DNA of 64,000 nucleotides from positions 75,843,025-75,907,024 of the forward strand of contig JASCQW010000112.1 in assembly GCA_030264375.1 (NCBI GenBank), read 5' to 3'. Below the pieces are notes generated by a model. The model worked only from the letters and a program-made list of their open reading frames with translations, did not search any database and was not told where the DNA came from. The first letter of the stretch is position 1. Each line of letters starts with the position of its first letter. Made by a program: the position numbers and the translations under genes. This document shows, one piece after another, positions 49,621 through 63,440 of this stretch. Source of the stretch: Carcharhinus longimanus (lineage: Eukaryota).

Positions 49621-52600
49621 ATGCTCCAATTCCAACCCACGCCAGAATTGAGATGAAACTGTACTTCTGGTATCACGAGTTTGAGGTGTTGATGATTTTC
49701 TGGGTTAGTGTACCCGTGTGATTAGAACCTCTTCCAAGCCAGTGCTCATCGTCACAATCCTGGGAGTTCAGCGAGACTTTTTTTTAATGCCTTTCAGGCC
49801 AGGAACAACTGCTGACCTGTTCTAGTTGGCAACTTTTCAAGCATATTTTGCTCCCGGGGTACCACTGGATAGAATTGCCAGACAGATCAAGTCACTTTCA
49901 GATTCCTGCCATTATATATTTTCACTGCTCTTAAGATAATACTCTGCAGCAATTGCATAAAGTGTTGTATTTTGGAAGGAAAATAATCAACGCTGCTGTT
50001 GTTGGAAAGAAAAAGGGGGAGCGCAGAGTCTGAAAGGAATTTGAAATGCTTGCATTTGTGTACCAGAGCACCTGGTGGTTTCACATGCAAGAGAATATTT
50101 CAGAGTAATTGGTGACGCCACTGATAGCCAGCTTGTAGCAAGCAGGCATTTAAACTGGGACACCACATTTGGCAAAAAAAAGGTGAAGATAAATCGAATT
50201 AAAGAGGATTCCACAAAAGGCCTGATGTTATCAAACCTGATCAGACACTCTGATAGAGGCTGCGGGTTGTGAATGTGTTAATTAAATCTTTCCTGAGCTT
50301 GAGTGCTGCCCATAGATTTCCAACATTCAGGTAGCGGGGATCCACGCACGTGGACAAAATCAGGTCACTTTTGGTCACAGGGGCTTTTATTTTTTGTGTT
50401 AATGTTGCCAAGTTACTGCAGTCGGCTCTTTGAAGCCATGCACTGACTGAGTTTAAATTGTCGACTGAACAGAGTTTCGGAGAAAATGTGCAAATATTAA
50501 TAACGAGTTTTGCTAGATAGTTAGGGAGCAAGCTGGGGACTAGGACTAATAGTCACCTGTCTTCAGTGGTTAAGTCTAGACACCAGTTCCTGATCCCATG
50601 TGTGTGAAAATTTGGCCTCTGATAATAATGAATCAATAGAAGGAAAGAAACAATTTAATATTCAAAATGAAGAACTACTTGTCCAGTGCAAGAAAAAAAG
50701 ATGGGAACCAGTCAAATTGTAATCTGGCTTAGTTTCTGTCCTGATGTTTAACTACAGTTTAGAATTTGATTTAGAATTTGTACCAGTTGGCACTGTCATT
50801 GTACCCAGATCCCTTCTTGGGAAAAAAAAAGATATTGAGAAATTTAGAACTTCAGTACTTCAAGGTTGTCCATTATCTTTTATCTTTTACTCGGATATGA
50901 GAGTTTCATCAAAGTAGGTCAACTCCTTCGCTTTTCTCTAAATGCTGAAAGATAAGTCATTTGTTTGATAGTCTCAGCTACAGGGCTGCTGAAGCCTGTA
51001 GGAGAATTCATGGTGCGATTGACAAGTCTAAAATATCGCCCCCTTTAGGATATTTCAGCTATTATCACTTTAACCTTGTCTAAACTTGCACAAATTATTA
51101 GTGGATATTGAAAAGAGCTAATTTATTGTTATAATTTGATGACGCTGAGGACACACGTTATCATCTTGATATCTGGTGTGGTCGTGTAAATCCACTGTGT
51201 GTGACTTCAGTGAGTGGCGAAGAGGCCAATTTGAATGGTGCCCATCAGTCATGTTGGTGACTCAGCACTGCCTCATTACATCACATTTATTCTTCTGCTC
51301 AAAAACCACGATGGCTGGGCAGATCATTCAGACTAACAGCAAGGAAGCTTCCTCTCTCAGTTTCAGAACCTCGGTTTCAATGACAAAGATTGGCGAGCGA
51401 GAGGGGGTCATAAACTAACATCAACTCCAGGAGTCTGGGTAATTCTGTTAATGAGGGGTGACTCATGATCAGAATATAATTTTTTTTTAAAAAATGCATT
51501 CTACAAATGTTGCTCATTCTTGAATTTCAATGTGAATTAAAACAAGTTAGCACTTGGAGAGGGGTGTTTTTCACACAAATTGCAGGGGTGAATAATAGAG
51601 AAAGCACCACCAATGTTGTAAGACTCTGAAAATGTGATTCAGTGGCCTTTGGGACGAACCTGACACACCAGCTCTACAACCAGTATCTGCTTTCATTTGT
51701 ACTTTCTTGACAGTTAGGCTTTGTGACTTTTGCCTTGGGATTTGTGAACAGTCTGACTGGTCTGTTGTTTCAACCCAGCGCTATACCAGCAGGTACAAAT
51801 ATAGCTCCTGATCCCACTTTCATGTTGAACGCTTGCATTTAATTCTGCATTTGGAGCCTAGAGTATGTTTTACGGTGGAGCAGCGAATAAATTCAGCCTC
51901 AATTCTGACGTGACACAATTGTACATCTTTTGATTAGATTGTTGATGATCATTGCTAGCTGTGTAGATGTGTCCTTGTATAGGAGGTACTTAACAGAGGC
52001 TCAGGCAGAGTGGGTGTTGAAAATGAAGTTTGAGTAGGGGCTGTTGGGCTTGGGAATGATGTTGGGTGTTATTGATCAAACAATTATCACTTTGCCCTGC
52101 CGCTGTTGCTGGCAAATAATAATTCAAAACTCTGCGGACACACCGAGCTGCCCACTGTAATGACAGAGGAACAACTCTCTGTGGAGTCAATCAGTCCCAT
52201 AATTGAGATATTTTCCACTCTGCCCCCTGATTCACTGCTCTTATTCCAAATGACACTTGCAGGAGTACTTGGAGGTCAGGCACTTCAGTTTATTGACCTG
52301 AACTAGTGGTTTTAAAAGTTTGTAAGGTACAAAAGAAAAACAAATACTTCATTTACTGTTGCAAAATATGAAAGGCTGCAATTAAAATAGAAACCATTCC
52401 CTGCGCTGCTGTTATGTACAAAGTTAAATCATGCCCATCTCAAAATTAAATGTAAAAATTGAGCACCGTCCCAAAAATTCTGAATTCTGGATTTGTTGTA
52501 TTTAAATCTATTAATATAATCTTGAATCCAATTGAGTAACTCAACACGACTGAATGAATGATTGATTATTTAACATTTATTATCATGGATGATTAATAGC

Positions 52601-53479
52601 AAAGTATCTTAGCCACATCAGATTTATCTATGAAGAGATGATATACATTGAGTTATCCAAAATTATTTCATGGAAACCATCTATTGATGCCATACTCTGG
52701 AAGCTACGAGCTAAAGTGAGTGATGTACAGTAGTGAAGAGGGTGATTTTCCTTCAGCGATATACATGTCAAGATATCAAATGTCAACATTTTTGGACTCG
52801 GGTTAATGGAGCTTCCCCTAGAATAGGGATCTTCATTCTGATTTGTTCCTGGGATCCTGAGAGATTTTTTTTCCCCCTCTGACTGACAGACAGACAAATA
52901 TAAAATAACCTCTTTAATCCATGTTCTTTAGGTCTTATAGCCTTAATAAATAAAAAAGGAAAAATGTTCTTGACTGCGAATCAGGCTTGAGAGGTCAACG
53001 GAAAAATGAAGTATACTTCAGGCAAAATTTGCCATTGGGGAGAATTGAGCATTCTTTCATGGTATTGCAATGGATAGTGTGTGCAGGTTGGACTAGATGG
53101 TTGCCACAATAAGGCTCCTTTCATACAGGTGTGTTTATGCCCCAGGCGTGTTGGCCNNNNNNNNNNNNNNNNNNNNNNNNNNNNNNNNNNNNNNNNNNNN
53201 NNNNNNNNNNNNNNNNNNNNNNNNNNNNNNNNNNNNNNNNNNNNNNNNNNNNNNNNCCACAGTCCATTCAATGTACAGAAGTTAAATTGAACAATAACAA
53301 CTGAATCTCGAAAGGTGAGCATCAGAGGAGATGCCTAAGAGCTGTCTCCCAGCCAACGAAAGCCTGTTGCAGTTGTCAGAGCTTGTTGATGTTGCAGTGA
53401 ACAGAGCAGTTTTGCACCAGATTTTGTGGTTCTGCCTTAGGAAAGAGAGCAAAATAGAACAGAAGAACAAAGTCCTGGT

Positions 53480-53570
53480 ACATAAATCAGCAGCTGCTCT
53501 TTGCCAGATCAAAGGAGTGACATTCTTGCTCCTGGTCTGCATGTCCACTTCAGGTGGTTGATAGACAGTT
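53480..53570. promoter_or_regulatory. Candidate enhancer core (PBX-HOX, TCF/LEF and PBX-MEIS-like motifs)
   Basis: ATAAATCA 53482-53489, AGATCAAAGG 53506-53515 and TGATAGACAG 53559-53568; motifs only. Confidence 0.3.
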
Positions 53571-54629
53571 ACCAGCTGCCCAACTGAGCCATGACTGTTT
53601 TTTTTTATTTGGAATTAATAAGGAAATTCATCATGATTTGAAATGGAAAAAAATGTTAAAGGAAAAGTGAAAGTATGAAATTGTGCAAACGCCTTTACTT
53701 TAAGGCCAAACCTTGGAGGAACTAAATTACCTCCTCTTGCTAATTATTCACTGAACTACATTGGAACTTTATCCGCTAATTTGTGTTATCGAGCCAAGAT
53801 GTAAGTGCTGTCCCGTCAAATTCACCTCAAGCGCAAAGATGTTCGGGTTTAAATTATTTTATTTTAGTTCACTTCTCAATGGACACCTACACTTTCCCAT
53901 TCAGGGCATCATTTAATTTATTGTATCCCTTACAACTGTAATTACTGTGTCTCATCCTTGTTTATCTGAGGTACAGGTGAAAAAATACACACTTTCCCCG
54001 CACAGATGGTTATCTTTAAACACCAGTAGGCTAAAGCAGAGTATTCTTCAACCAATACTATCAAACTATAAAGTACAGTTTGCTGGATCCCGTCACATTT
54101 TAGTGCTGTATCTGCAGTTTTGGAATATATTGTTAATTTTGAAATCGTATAAATAATTAACACAAAAGGCTGTGGCAACAGTTTAATTAACTGTGTTGCA
54201 ATGGTGTTATACATGATGTTATTACATTTTGGAGCACCGAATGTTTATTAAATATAAGTCTGATTAATGCATTAGAACTGTAATCATCTACAAATTAAAA
54301 TGTGAGTACATTTAAAATCGAAGTCATGGCAAAATTCAAAAGACATAAAAAGTAATTAACACATTTAATTAAAAGATCAATGAAATAACGCTCTTTTTAA
54401 GAAACGAAGGAACTTCCGTAAGGCAGGGTGAATTTAGTTGATTAATTTAATTCATGAATATTACTTCTGGGAGATTCAAAATTACTTTATGAAGGAATTG
54501 TTGTACTTGAATATGAAACCGAGAGGATGAATGAGCTTAAATTGATGAATTGTCCAATTTATAAAATTAAACATATTTATTCACAAACTTCTGTTTGAAT
54601 ATATCAATATAGCTGTTGTTTAAAAACAG

Positions 54630-54810
54630 TGGGCGATATTTTCCGTTCTTGCAGCGTGTGTTTCCCGCCAGCGGGAGATAGCGCATTGTTTGCNNNNNNN
54701 NNNTTCTCTGGTTCCACCCCTGTCAAAGGGAATTCCTATTAATGTCACTCTACGCTGACGGGACACTCACAGGCGGGGGTGCGCTGCCGGTGGGACTGGA
54801 GAACATATTG
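54630..54810. mobile_element. MITE copy
   Basis: gggcgatattttccg...gtgtttcccgcc...gggactggagaac; related to 33605-33800. Confidence 0.5.
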
Positions 54811-55797
54811 TCTCTGCGTCAGATCTCACAAGCTAAACTTGTCCAGCTTAAAAATCAGGCGGTTACATCTCACCATTTGAAATACAGCAGTTCAGAGCTT
54901 CCTCCCGTCTGGCAGAGAGGTCACGCAATCCCATCCCAAATATCAGGGACGGAGATCCTTGAATAAAAACAAGATTCACTCTTGACTGTCATGGTGCAAC
55001 AGAGGCACCTGCTGTGTAGCGTATCCCAAGATCTGACGATGAAGACATGAGATCCCCCGCTGCATTGGCAATAAATCCTGGGAGGGGGTCGGTGGTGGCT
55101 GCATTAAATTCCAAAAATAAACCTGAGCTGCCTCCGAACAAATGTAGGTTGGGACAGTCAGAGGCCCAGTGGGGTAGGATTCCCCGGTTAGCCAGGGAGC
55201 ACACCCAGACATGCCTCTCTGAAGCACTGGTGGGACTTAAACAGGGCAGGCAAATGAAATGCACATCTCACCTTACCACTCTCTACCCCTTCCCCATCCC
55301 CCGTACCACCAGAGAGATTTGCTTTTTCCTGGTAAGGAAGCAGCAACCCAATGATTTCAATCCCTTTTCCAATCTCTGGCAGAGGCGCATTGAAAGGTGG
55401 AGCCATTGCCTTGTGACAAGAGTATGATCCCTGGGTGTTGAATTACCTCATTCAAATGACTGTTCATGAATGGGCTTATCTAAGATAAAAGGGTAACATT
55501 GCCAAGTCTAATCCTGTCCTCAGATGGGATCTTTGCCTATACTTACCAGGAACAATCACTGGATAACAATCAGAAGTGGAAACTCTGGCTACCTTGCTGA
55601 CTAGATACCTTAGATCACCCCCTGAGCCACTAGGACTCTTTCTTCATTTAATATGATTTGCAATATGCTCATAATATGACATAATCAAACAGTGTCATAG
55701 TGTGCTGTTACATCATTCTTTCTCAACATTAATATTATTCGTTCATTCACATTGTTCTCACTGCTTGCCACTCTTTTTCTCAATTACAAACAGAACA

Positions 55798-56105
55798 GGG
55801 CGACACGGTGGCACAGTGGTTAACACCGTTGCTTCACAATGCCAGGTAACCAGGTTCGATTCCTGGCATGGGTCACTGTCTGTGTTCTCCCTGTGTCTGA
55901 GTGGGTTTCCTCCGGATGCTCCGGTTTCCTCCCATGGTACAAAGATGTGCAGGTTAGGTGGATTGGCCATACGAAATTGCTCTTTAGTGTCAGGGGGACT
56001 AACTAGAGTAAATGCATGGGGTTATAGGGATAGGGCCTTGGGATTGTGGTCGGTGCAGGCTCAATGGGCCAAATAGCCTCCTTCTGCACTGTAGGGATTC
56101 TATGA
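55798..56105 (+). mobile_element. HE1 V-SINE, tail type A
   Basis: Head to ctgcactgtagggattctatga tail. Confidence 0.88.
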
Positions 56106-56379
56106 ACATTGAATCCACATCTGTAAAAAAAAAATCTATAACCAATAACGCATTTACATGTTAACATCACTTTTTTAAACACTTTCACAGGAGCTTTATA
56201 ATATTGTTGATATAGGAATGTTGATAATTCATTATGTCATTGGATAAGTATATATTTTTTGATTTGAATTTATTTAACATTTATATTTGTAACTATGATT
56301 GGCTATATTGTATGCTGAGTAGGTGGATTATCACCAGGTAAATTCTACAGCATAGGGTTCCATCTTCTGAGTGAGGTTA

Positions 56380-56572
56380 GGGTGCTCCAGTTTCCTTCCA
56401 CAGCCCAAAGATGTGCAGGTTAGGTGGACTGGTCATGCTAAATTGTCCCTTAGGGTCTCAAGATGTATAGGGTAGATTTGTGGGGTTATGGCAATAGGGC
56501 CTGTGCTGGAGAGGTGGTGCAGTCTCGATGGGCCAAATGGCCTCCTCCTACACTGTAGGGATCCTATGATTC
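56380..56572 (+). mobile_element. 5'-truncated HE1 V-SINE, tail type A
   Basis: Body and tail only. Confidence 0.8.
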
Positions 56573-58087
56573 TAAGTTTAAATGCTTTAAATACTTAGTT
56601 GGAAACATCTCAATCTTGGGCTCACTTTAGCTGTTTTCCGAATGTGTGCGCTCACAAAATATAACTTCATTATCAATACTATTTGCATTAATCAAGTAGC
56701 ATTATTACAAAATCTTAAGTTTTTGAAATGTGATAGATTCACACTATACCCTGCACGTAGCACAGACAAAAACTTGCTTAATTGTAGATTTGCATAGAAC
56801 AGGAGTGACTGTACCAGTACAAACAAGCTGGGACCTGACCAGAATGTGTGAGTCATCTTCATTCCTGGATCAACATAAGCCAAGGGTATGTGAAGAAAGA
56901 ACTTGCATTTATATAGCACCTTATCACATCTCTTGGGTCGTCCTAAAGTGCTGCATCCATTTTGGATTACTTTGAAGTCACTATGTTGGTAAATGCAGCA
57001 GAAATCATTGGGAACATCAGGACCATGAACAGATTCGGAATGTTGCTCTGGACACATATTGCCTTCACAAAGTGTGTCATCTCCTTGTATTCCTGTGATG
57101 TACAACTTTGCCTCTCACGGGGCGCCCACGAATCTGTGGTGATCTTTTAAAGCAACTTATGTTATGAAAATGGTTACTGTAAGCAACTTTGTGATGGATA
57201 ATAGCCCGTAGCTGTAATTCTGTCAACCTGGTGCCTGAGATTCTACCTCGGGGACTCTACGAGATGACAGTAGTGCATCACAACCTTCTAAAGGCAAACT
57301 TGAAGATTACCACTTTTAACACAGTGGTCACACAGGCATGACACTTATCAAGGGAGATGAGTCATGATACAGTCGCAGGAGCGGAACAATATCCACCATC
57401 CCCGCTGGGGGTGTTGATAGGGTGGGGTCAGGATCTTGCACCAAGCATGAGTATAGCAGAGATCAGGTTTTGCTGTTTCACGAACCCACTGAAGACAAGT
57501 GGAATTCAGTCCCTATCATCAGAGGGTCTGGTGTTTTTTTAATTCATTCCTGAGATGTGGGTTTTGCTGGCAAAAGCAGCATTGTTGCCCATTGCTGGTT
57601 GTCCTGCAGTGCGTAACATCATGAACTATATGGCTAGTTCCGTGAGCCGACACCACCACTGGGACAAGGTCCTTGGCACCGCATCGCAATGTTTCCGTGT
57701 CTGAGCACTGATCCAGAATTTTCCGAATGATGCAAATCTCTTGTGTAAGAACCTGGATATTGCAAGCCTAGTGTTTAACCCGTGTGAGAGGCAGTATGTG
57801 TACTGTCATTAACAAGAAGGAAGCATTACCATTATTACAACATCAGGAGTCTGTTTTCACTACTGACGGAATAGAATCATTTTTCAAAACCTCTTTGGCC
57901 AAAGAATGCACGCTGGGATTTCTGCAGTCTGACTGGATATCCTTCCTTCATCCTGTGGGAGAAATTTTGGTGAAAATTAGATTACAACTCTTTGGAGGTT
58001 AAATTGACATTCTACAAAATCTGTACTTAAGTCTGATTTTGCTTAATCGAGTGTATCTTGCATTTATATAGCACCTTTCACACCAAA

Positions 58088-58315
58088 ATATCATTGAATC
58101 ACTACAGTGCAGAAAGAGGCCATTCAGCCAATGGGGCCTGTAATGACAACAATCCCACCGAGGCCTTATCCTCGTAGCCCCACGTATATACCCGCTAATC
58201 CCCCCTGACACTAAGGGGCAATTTAACATGGCACATTTTTGGAATGAGGGAGGAAACCGGAGCATCTGGAGAAAACCCATGAAGACACGGAGTGAATGTG
58301 CAGACTCCACACAAG
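58088..58315 (-). mobile_element. HE1 V-SINE, tail type A, partial
   Basis: Reverse-complement tail and body. Confidence 0.8.
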
Positions 58316-58349
58316 TGTCTATGTGTCTCAAATGTCTCTAGGGGGAACA

Positions 58350-59255
58350 CTTATTCGACAATGATCAAAATGCTTAGGTTGAACTTGGAAGAGGGAAATC
58401 AGGAAGGCAAAACGAGGGTATGAGCTGGATCTGGCATGTAAGNNNNNNNNNNNNNNNNNNNNNNNNNNNNNNNNNNNNNNNNNNNNNNNNNNNNNNNNNN
58501 NNNNNNNNNNNNNNNNNNNNNNNNNNNNNNNNNNNNNNNNNNCAGGTAAGGTTAAAGAAAATCCCAAGAGGTTCTGTAGGTATATGAAGAGTAAAAGGGT
58601 GGATAGAGAGAGAATAGATCCCCTTAAAAATCAGCATGGCTGACTGTGTGTGGAACCACAGGAGATGCGTGGGAATATTCCTCCTCGGTGTTTAATGAGG
58701 AGAAAATCATGGGTGCTAAAGAAATTAGGGGAATGAGCGATGATGTCTTGGGCCAAAGCATATTATTAGGGAGGAGGTATCTGCAGCCTTAAAGTGCACT
58801 AAGGTGGATAAATTCCCGGGGCCTGATCAAGTGCATCCTTGGATCCTGTGGGAGGCTAGGGAAGAAATTGCAGAAGCCCTTGTTGAGATCTTTGCTTCAG
58901 CTCTTTCTCCTGGCAAAGTTCCAGAAGACTGGAGGGTGACTATTGTTTAAGAAGGGTGGCAAAGACAAGCCAGGGAATTACAGGCTGGTGAGCCTGACGT
59001 GAGTGGTGGGAAAGTTACAGGAGGGGATTCTGAGGAGCAGGGTATACCAATATTTGGATAGTTAAGGTCTGATTAGCAATAGTCAGCATGGCTTTGTCCG
59101 TGGGAAGTCATGTCTGATGAATCTTTTAGAGTTTTTCAAAGAGGTAACCAAGAGGATGGATGAGGTGTATGTAGTCTTCCAAAAACATTTGATAAAAGTG
59201 CTACATAACAAGCTTGCAGCTAAGAGAAAGCCCACAGAATGAAAGGGACAGTAGC
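58350..59255 (+). mobile_element. CR1 LINE ORF2 internal fragment (RT N-terminal region), disrupted
   Basis: Reads KENPKRF.RY.KSKR, DK.PGPDQVHP, VPEDWR, NYR.VSLT.VVGKL, SQHGFVRGKSCL.NLLEFF with stops and frameshifts. Confidence 0.9.
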
Positions 59256-59526
59256 AGCAGGGATTCAACAATCCAAAATCAAAATCCAGGATCTTTAACC
59301 TCAGCCAAGGTTATTGTTGTGTGTCCTCTTGGCAGTCTCAGCCTAGTGTATCCTCTCGGGATTTTCAGTGCATTTTGATGTTTGTACAGCTTTGTAAAGC
59401 GTCCCGTACAGTTACATTGAAAGCAATGGGCAGAAATTGCTGGACATTGATCACTCCAATGGGGGCACCTTGCTCCACATGGTTGGTCTATAGTTTGTTT
59501 GGGGTGTTGCTTCCCTTGGCCTGGAG

Positions 59527-59815
59527 TTTTATTTATTAGTACCACAAGTAAGGCTTACATTCACACTGCAATGAAGTTACTGTGAAAGTCCCCTAGTTGC
59601 CACACTCCTGTTCGGGTACACTGAGGGAAAATTTAGCACGGCCAATGCACCTAACCAGCACGTCTGTCAGACTGTGGGAGAAAACTGGAGCACCTGGAGG
59701 AAACCCAGTCAGACATGGGGAGAACATGCAGACTCTGCACAGACAGTGACCCAAGCCAGGAATCAAACCCAGATCCCTGGTGCTGTGAGGCAGCAGTGCT
59801 GACCACTGTGCTACC
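59527..59815 (-). mobile_element. HE1-like V-SINE, tail type B
   Basis: Reverse complement of the 17225-17535 type. Confidence 0.88.
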
Positions 59816-60235
59816 CACAGAGCTACTCTGTTTCTGTGTTGTTTCACTAACTGGAGGTTGGGGTTTATTTTGTACCGCAGTTTGCTTTCTCCCCTTTCAC
59901 GTGGATCTGTGCTGCAAGCAAATTTCAGATTGTCTGACTATCTGGTCAGCTTTCTCAAGGGTCAGACCATCCTTTGCTTGGAGCATATCTGAGACAGCAT
60001 TGTCCGCCACCACTCCTACAACCGTTCTATCCCTGAGTAGCTCAGATTTCAGATCACTGCAGCCTTCAGCCAGTCCAAACAGTTCATTTATGAAGGAGTC
60101 GACAGGTTCTCCTGGCTGCTGGAAATGTTTATTGAATTTAACCCTTACAGGGATTGTTACTTCTGAGGTTATTCTAGATATGAAATCACTGGTTATCAAG
60201 CTGAAGGGCGCGGTGCATTAACTACTGTGTCATTG

Positions 60236-60550
60236 TGGGCAGCACAGTGGTTAGCATTGCTGCCTCATAGTGCCAGGGACCCACATTCAATTCTGGCCTC
60301 GTGTCACTGTCAGGTGCGGAGTGTGCACATTCTCCCCATGTCTGTGTGGGTTTCCTCCAGATTCCTCCCACAGTCCAAAGATATGCTGGTTAGCTTGATT
60401 GGTCGTGCTAAATTGGCCCTAGTGTAAGGGGCATTATCAGGGTAAATATGTGGTGTTACAGGAATAGGGTCTGGTTGGGATTGTGGTCAGTNNNNNNNNC
60501 AGTGCAGACTCGAGGCTGAATGGGGTACTGTACTGTAGGGGTTCTATGAA
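60236..60550 (+). mobile_element. HE1 V-SINE, tail type A, nested in the Gypsy remnant
   Basis: HE1 head, body and tail. Confidence 0.8.
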
Positions 60551-61009
60551 TTCATTTATCTCTGTCTTTTTATTAAACCTGAAGCAATCCTGTATCTAAG
60601 GAATTCCTTTCTTCAAAGTCGCAGTATTGTGATTGTTCTGGAAGAGTCAATTTCTGGTCCACGGTTAAAATGCTTAAAGTGCAGGTTCTGCTTTAAGTGG
60701 TTTCTAAAACTCCCAGATGGTGACACCGCACAGAGGATTTTACCGTGCTTGATGGTTTTGGTGGGCTCCCACGGTCATGGCATTTGCTCTCAACATTTAA
60801 ATATTTTCAACCCTGTCTGGATTGATTGGTCAGAGTCTTCCCTGCTCTGCTGCAATGCTGCCAGGTTCTGGATGCTTCCAATCCCAGACTTTCCTACATT
60901 TTTAAATCTGTCAGCTCAGTTGTTGTTAATTTTTAATACACTTTTTTTTATCTATATTCGGCCGCCAGAGGTTCAGGTGCCAACTTGGAAATCGGGTCTC
61001 CTAGACTGT

Positions 61010-61146
61010 CGCCAGAATTCTCCGACCCTTCATGCCCCACCACTGCTGCCGGCAAGAATGGAGAATTTGGCACTCAGCCAAATCTCCATTCATGGCAGTG
61101 GAACTGGAGAATCTCAGCTGTGGGCGAGGTCAGAGAATCCAACCCT
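61010..61146. mobile_element. MITE copy nested in the Gypsy remnant
   Basis: gccagaattctcc...aatttggcactcagccaaatctcc...gagaatccaaccc. Confidence 0.65.
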
Positions 61147-61714
61147 GGGACTTAAACAGAATTTCTAACCACTTTAGTATTTAACTTTTTTCAGGACTGG
61201 CAGAAATTTTAAATGTTTAGCTCACCCATGATAGGCTTGCTGAGTTTGCACATTCTGGGTATTGAAACTGGACTTCAGTGTGATTCTGCTGCAGTGAGGA
61301 ATTTAATTTCTGCCTTCAGCTTCCAAGCCTTTCTTTGGAGTTTTTCTCTGGTGATTTCTTTCTGCGCCTTCGCTTCATGAGTTTTTCTCCAGAATTTTAA
61401 TTCTCTCCTGCAGTCCCTTTGAGACTTAAATTGTTCCATTCACTGCCACCATGTTGTAAAGTGTTGGATGGGTCTTTCTCAGCTATTTGTAGCCTTAGGT
61501 AGTTTAACAGTAAGTATTTATTGACCACGAGAAACTGTATACATCGTTACAGTAAAGGATTCAGCTTAGGAGCTGTCTCCACCCTTGCTTGTGCAACACT
61601 ACACTACACTACACGTGCAAATCATGTGTTCTGTATCACTTTGTGGTGGCACTGGACCCAGTCCCATGTTAACCCATTATGTGCCAGATCGTTATGCTAT
61701 AGCTATTGAAAGAT

Positions 61715-61915
61715 AAAGTAAGTTTAAGTTTATTTATTAGTGTCACAAGTAGGTTTACATGAACGCTGCAATGAAGTTACTGTGAAAAGCCCCTATTCGC
61801 CACACTTTGGCGCCTGTTCAGATACACTGGGGAAGAATTTAACATGGCCAATGTTAAATCTAACCAGCAGATCTTCGGATTGTGGGAGGAAACCGGAGGA
61901 CCCAAAAGAAACCCA
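61715..61915 (-). mobile_element. HE1-like V-SINE, tail type B, 5'-truncated
   Basis: aagtttatttattagtgtcacaagtagg...aggaaaccggag. Confidence 0.8.
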
Positions 61916-62376
61916 AGGGAATAAGATTGCAGGGCGCCAAAGGGGTGGGGAGGCGGCTGGGGTGAGCAGAGGTGCTCTTGAGGAGTGCCAGCACTGAGAA
62001 TACAGGCCAAATGGCCAGCACCCCTACTGTAACCATTCTGTGATTCAACATGGAAGTGGGCGGTGTTGGTGATGGAAAGGATTATCTGGTCAAAAGCTCA
62101 TCTCAGTGTCAAATGTGACACCAAGGTGGTAAACAGTTTGAAGTTGAAACTTAATGTAAAATACAAGGCAAAGCCAGCTGTTTCTACGGCAGATATCTGG
62201 GGAAGTTCTGAGGAATTGGGAATCTCTTTCACCACTCAACCCATTTCAATTGAATATACTTTAGGCAGGTACCCATGTCTCCATCTGCTGAATGGAGATG
62301 AGAGAGGAGTGATATCATTGCAACACTTTACCACTACTAATTATTTATTTTCCCCCAGTGGTAGTCACTCTGTCTT

Positions 62377-62451
62377 TGATTTGATTTGATTTATTATTGT
62401 CACATGTATTAGTATACAGTGAAAAGTATTGTTTCTTGCGTGCTATACAGA
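62377..62451 (-). mobile_element. LINE 3' tail with (CAAAT)n (Rex1-like, tentative)
   Basis: Near-identical to 30883-30950. Confidence 0.6.
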
Positions 62452-63264
62452 NNNNNNNNNNNNNNNNNNNNNNNNNNNNNNNNNNNNNNNNNNNNNNNNN
62501 NNNNNNNNNNNNNNNNNNNNNNNNNNNNNNNNNNNNNNNNNNNNNNNNNNNGAAGGGCTAGATGGCCTACTCCTGCTCCTATTTCTTATGTTCTTATGTT
62601 ATGTTTAAGAAAATCGATTTTTTTTAAGTCAAAACCTACCCCCTGGGAAATGGAATCGAGCATGAATTGACTCTGCTAAACACTATTTCGCTGCACACTT
62701 TAATGACACAATCAGCTATTTTGATGTGACCCTGTACAATATATAAAATGTATTACTTTTTTGATCCCCTCTGGAGATTGTGCTATTTAATTACAAGGCG
62801 CTGGACATTTATTCGTCCGAGACTAATTTAAAATATCATTTTTTAAAAATTGCCAAAAGAAACAAAAATCGACTTCTGCTCATTTAAAAAACTATTTTCC
62901 ATTTTACTTAATTATAAAGTGTACATTAATTGAATTTACAATTATAAAGTGTACGTTGTAAATTCAAAAGGGAGCTATTTAATTCCTGGTTAATTCTGTC
63001 TGTTGGCCCAGTTTTTTTTCTAATCCCGTTGGGCAATGTCCATCTCTAAGGGATGCCCCTGACATAAAACTTTACAAAGTCGTAAGGTCAATCTTATATG
63101 GAATGGGAGCTTTTGTAAAGAGTAAGCGCGAAATGGTAGGTCTTCAGAAATTAGCCAATACCCGGAAATGGCAAATAATTGCCATGTTAGTCACCCACTT
63201 CATTCGGGAGAAGATTGGAATTCAGGACTGCCAACGGGCCAACCCATTACAGCATCAATATCAT

Positions 63265-63440
63265 TCAAGAGAAGGAAATCCGCCGTCTTTACCTGGTCTG
63301 GCCTACACGTGGCTCCAGATCCACAGCAATGACTTTTAATTGTCCTCTGAAATAGCTGAACAGATCACTCGAAGTAATTAGGGATGAGGAACGAAAATGA
63401 TGTTACTGCCAGCGATGCCCATGGAAAGAATTAAAAAAAA
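63265..63440 (+). mobile_element. L2-tail SINE, 3' half
   Basis: gaaggaaatccgccgtctttacctggtctggcctacacgtggctccaga ... gccagcgatgcccat. Confidence 0.7.

Larger units (their letters stand above)
59820..61700 (-). mobile_element. Ty3/Gypsy-like LTR retrotransposon remnant: 5' LTR (~61452-61700), tRNA-Leu-type PBS (61441-61451), decayed gag
   Basis: Minus ORF 59897-60199 RVKFNKHFQQPGEPVDSFINELFGLAEGC..LKSELLRDR.VVGV...LQ....LTLEKA resembles Gypsy capsid. Minus strand reads ...acaaCA-TGGTGGCAGTG at the LTR/PBS junction, with AATAAA inside the LTR. Confidence 0.75.

Noticed and set aside
62910-62957. Short direct repeat aattataaagtgtac x2
   Set aside because: Simple 30-bp-period local duplication with no further structure.
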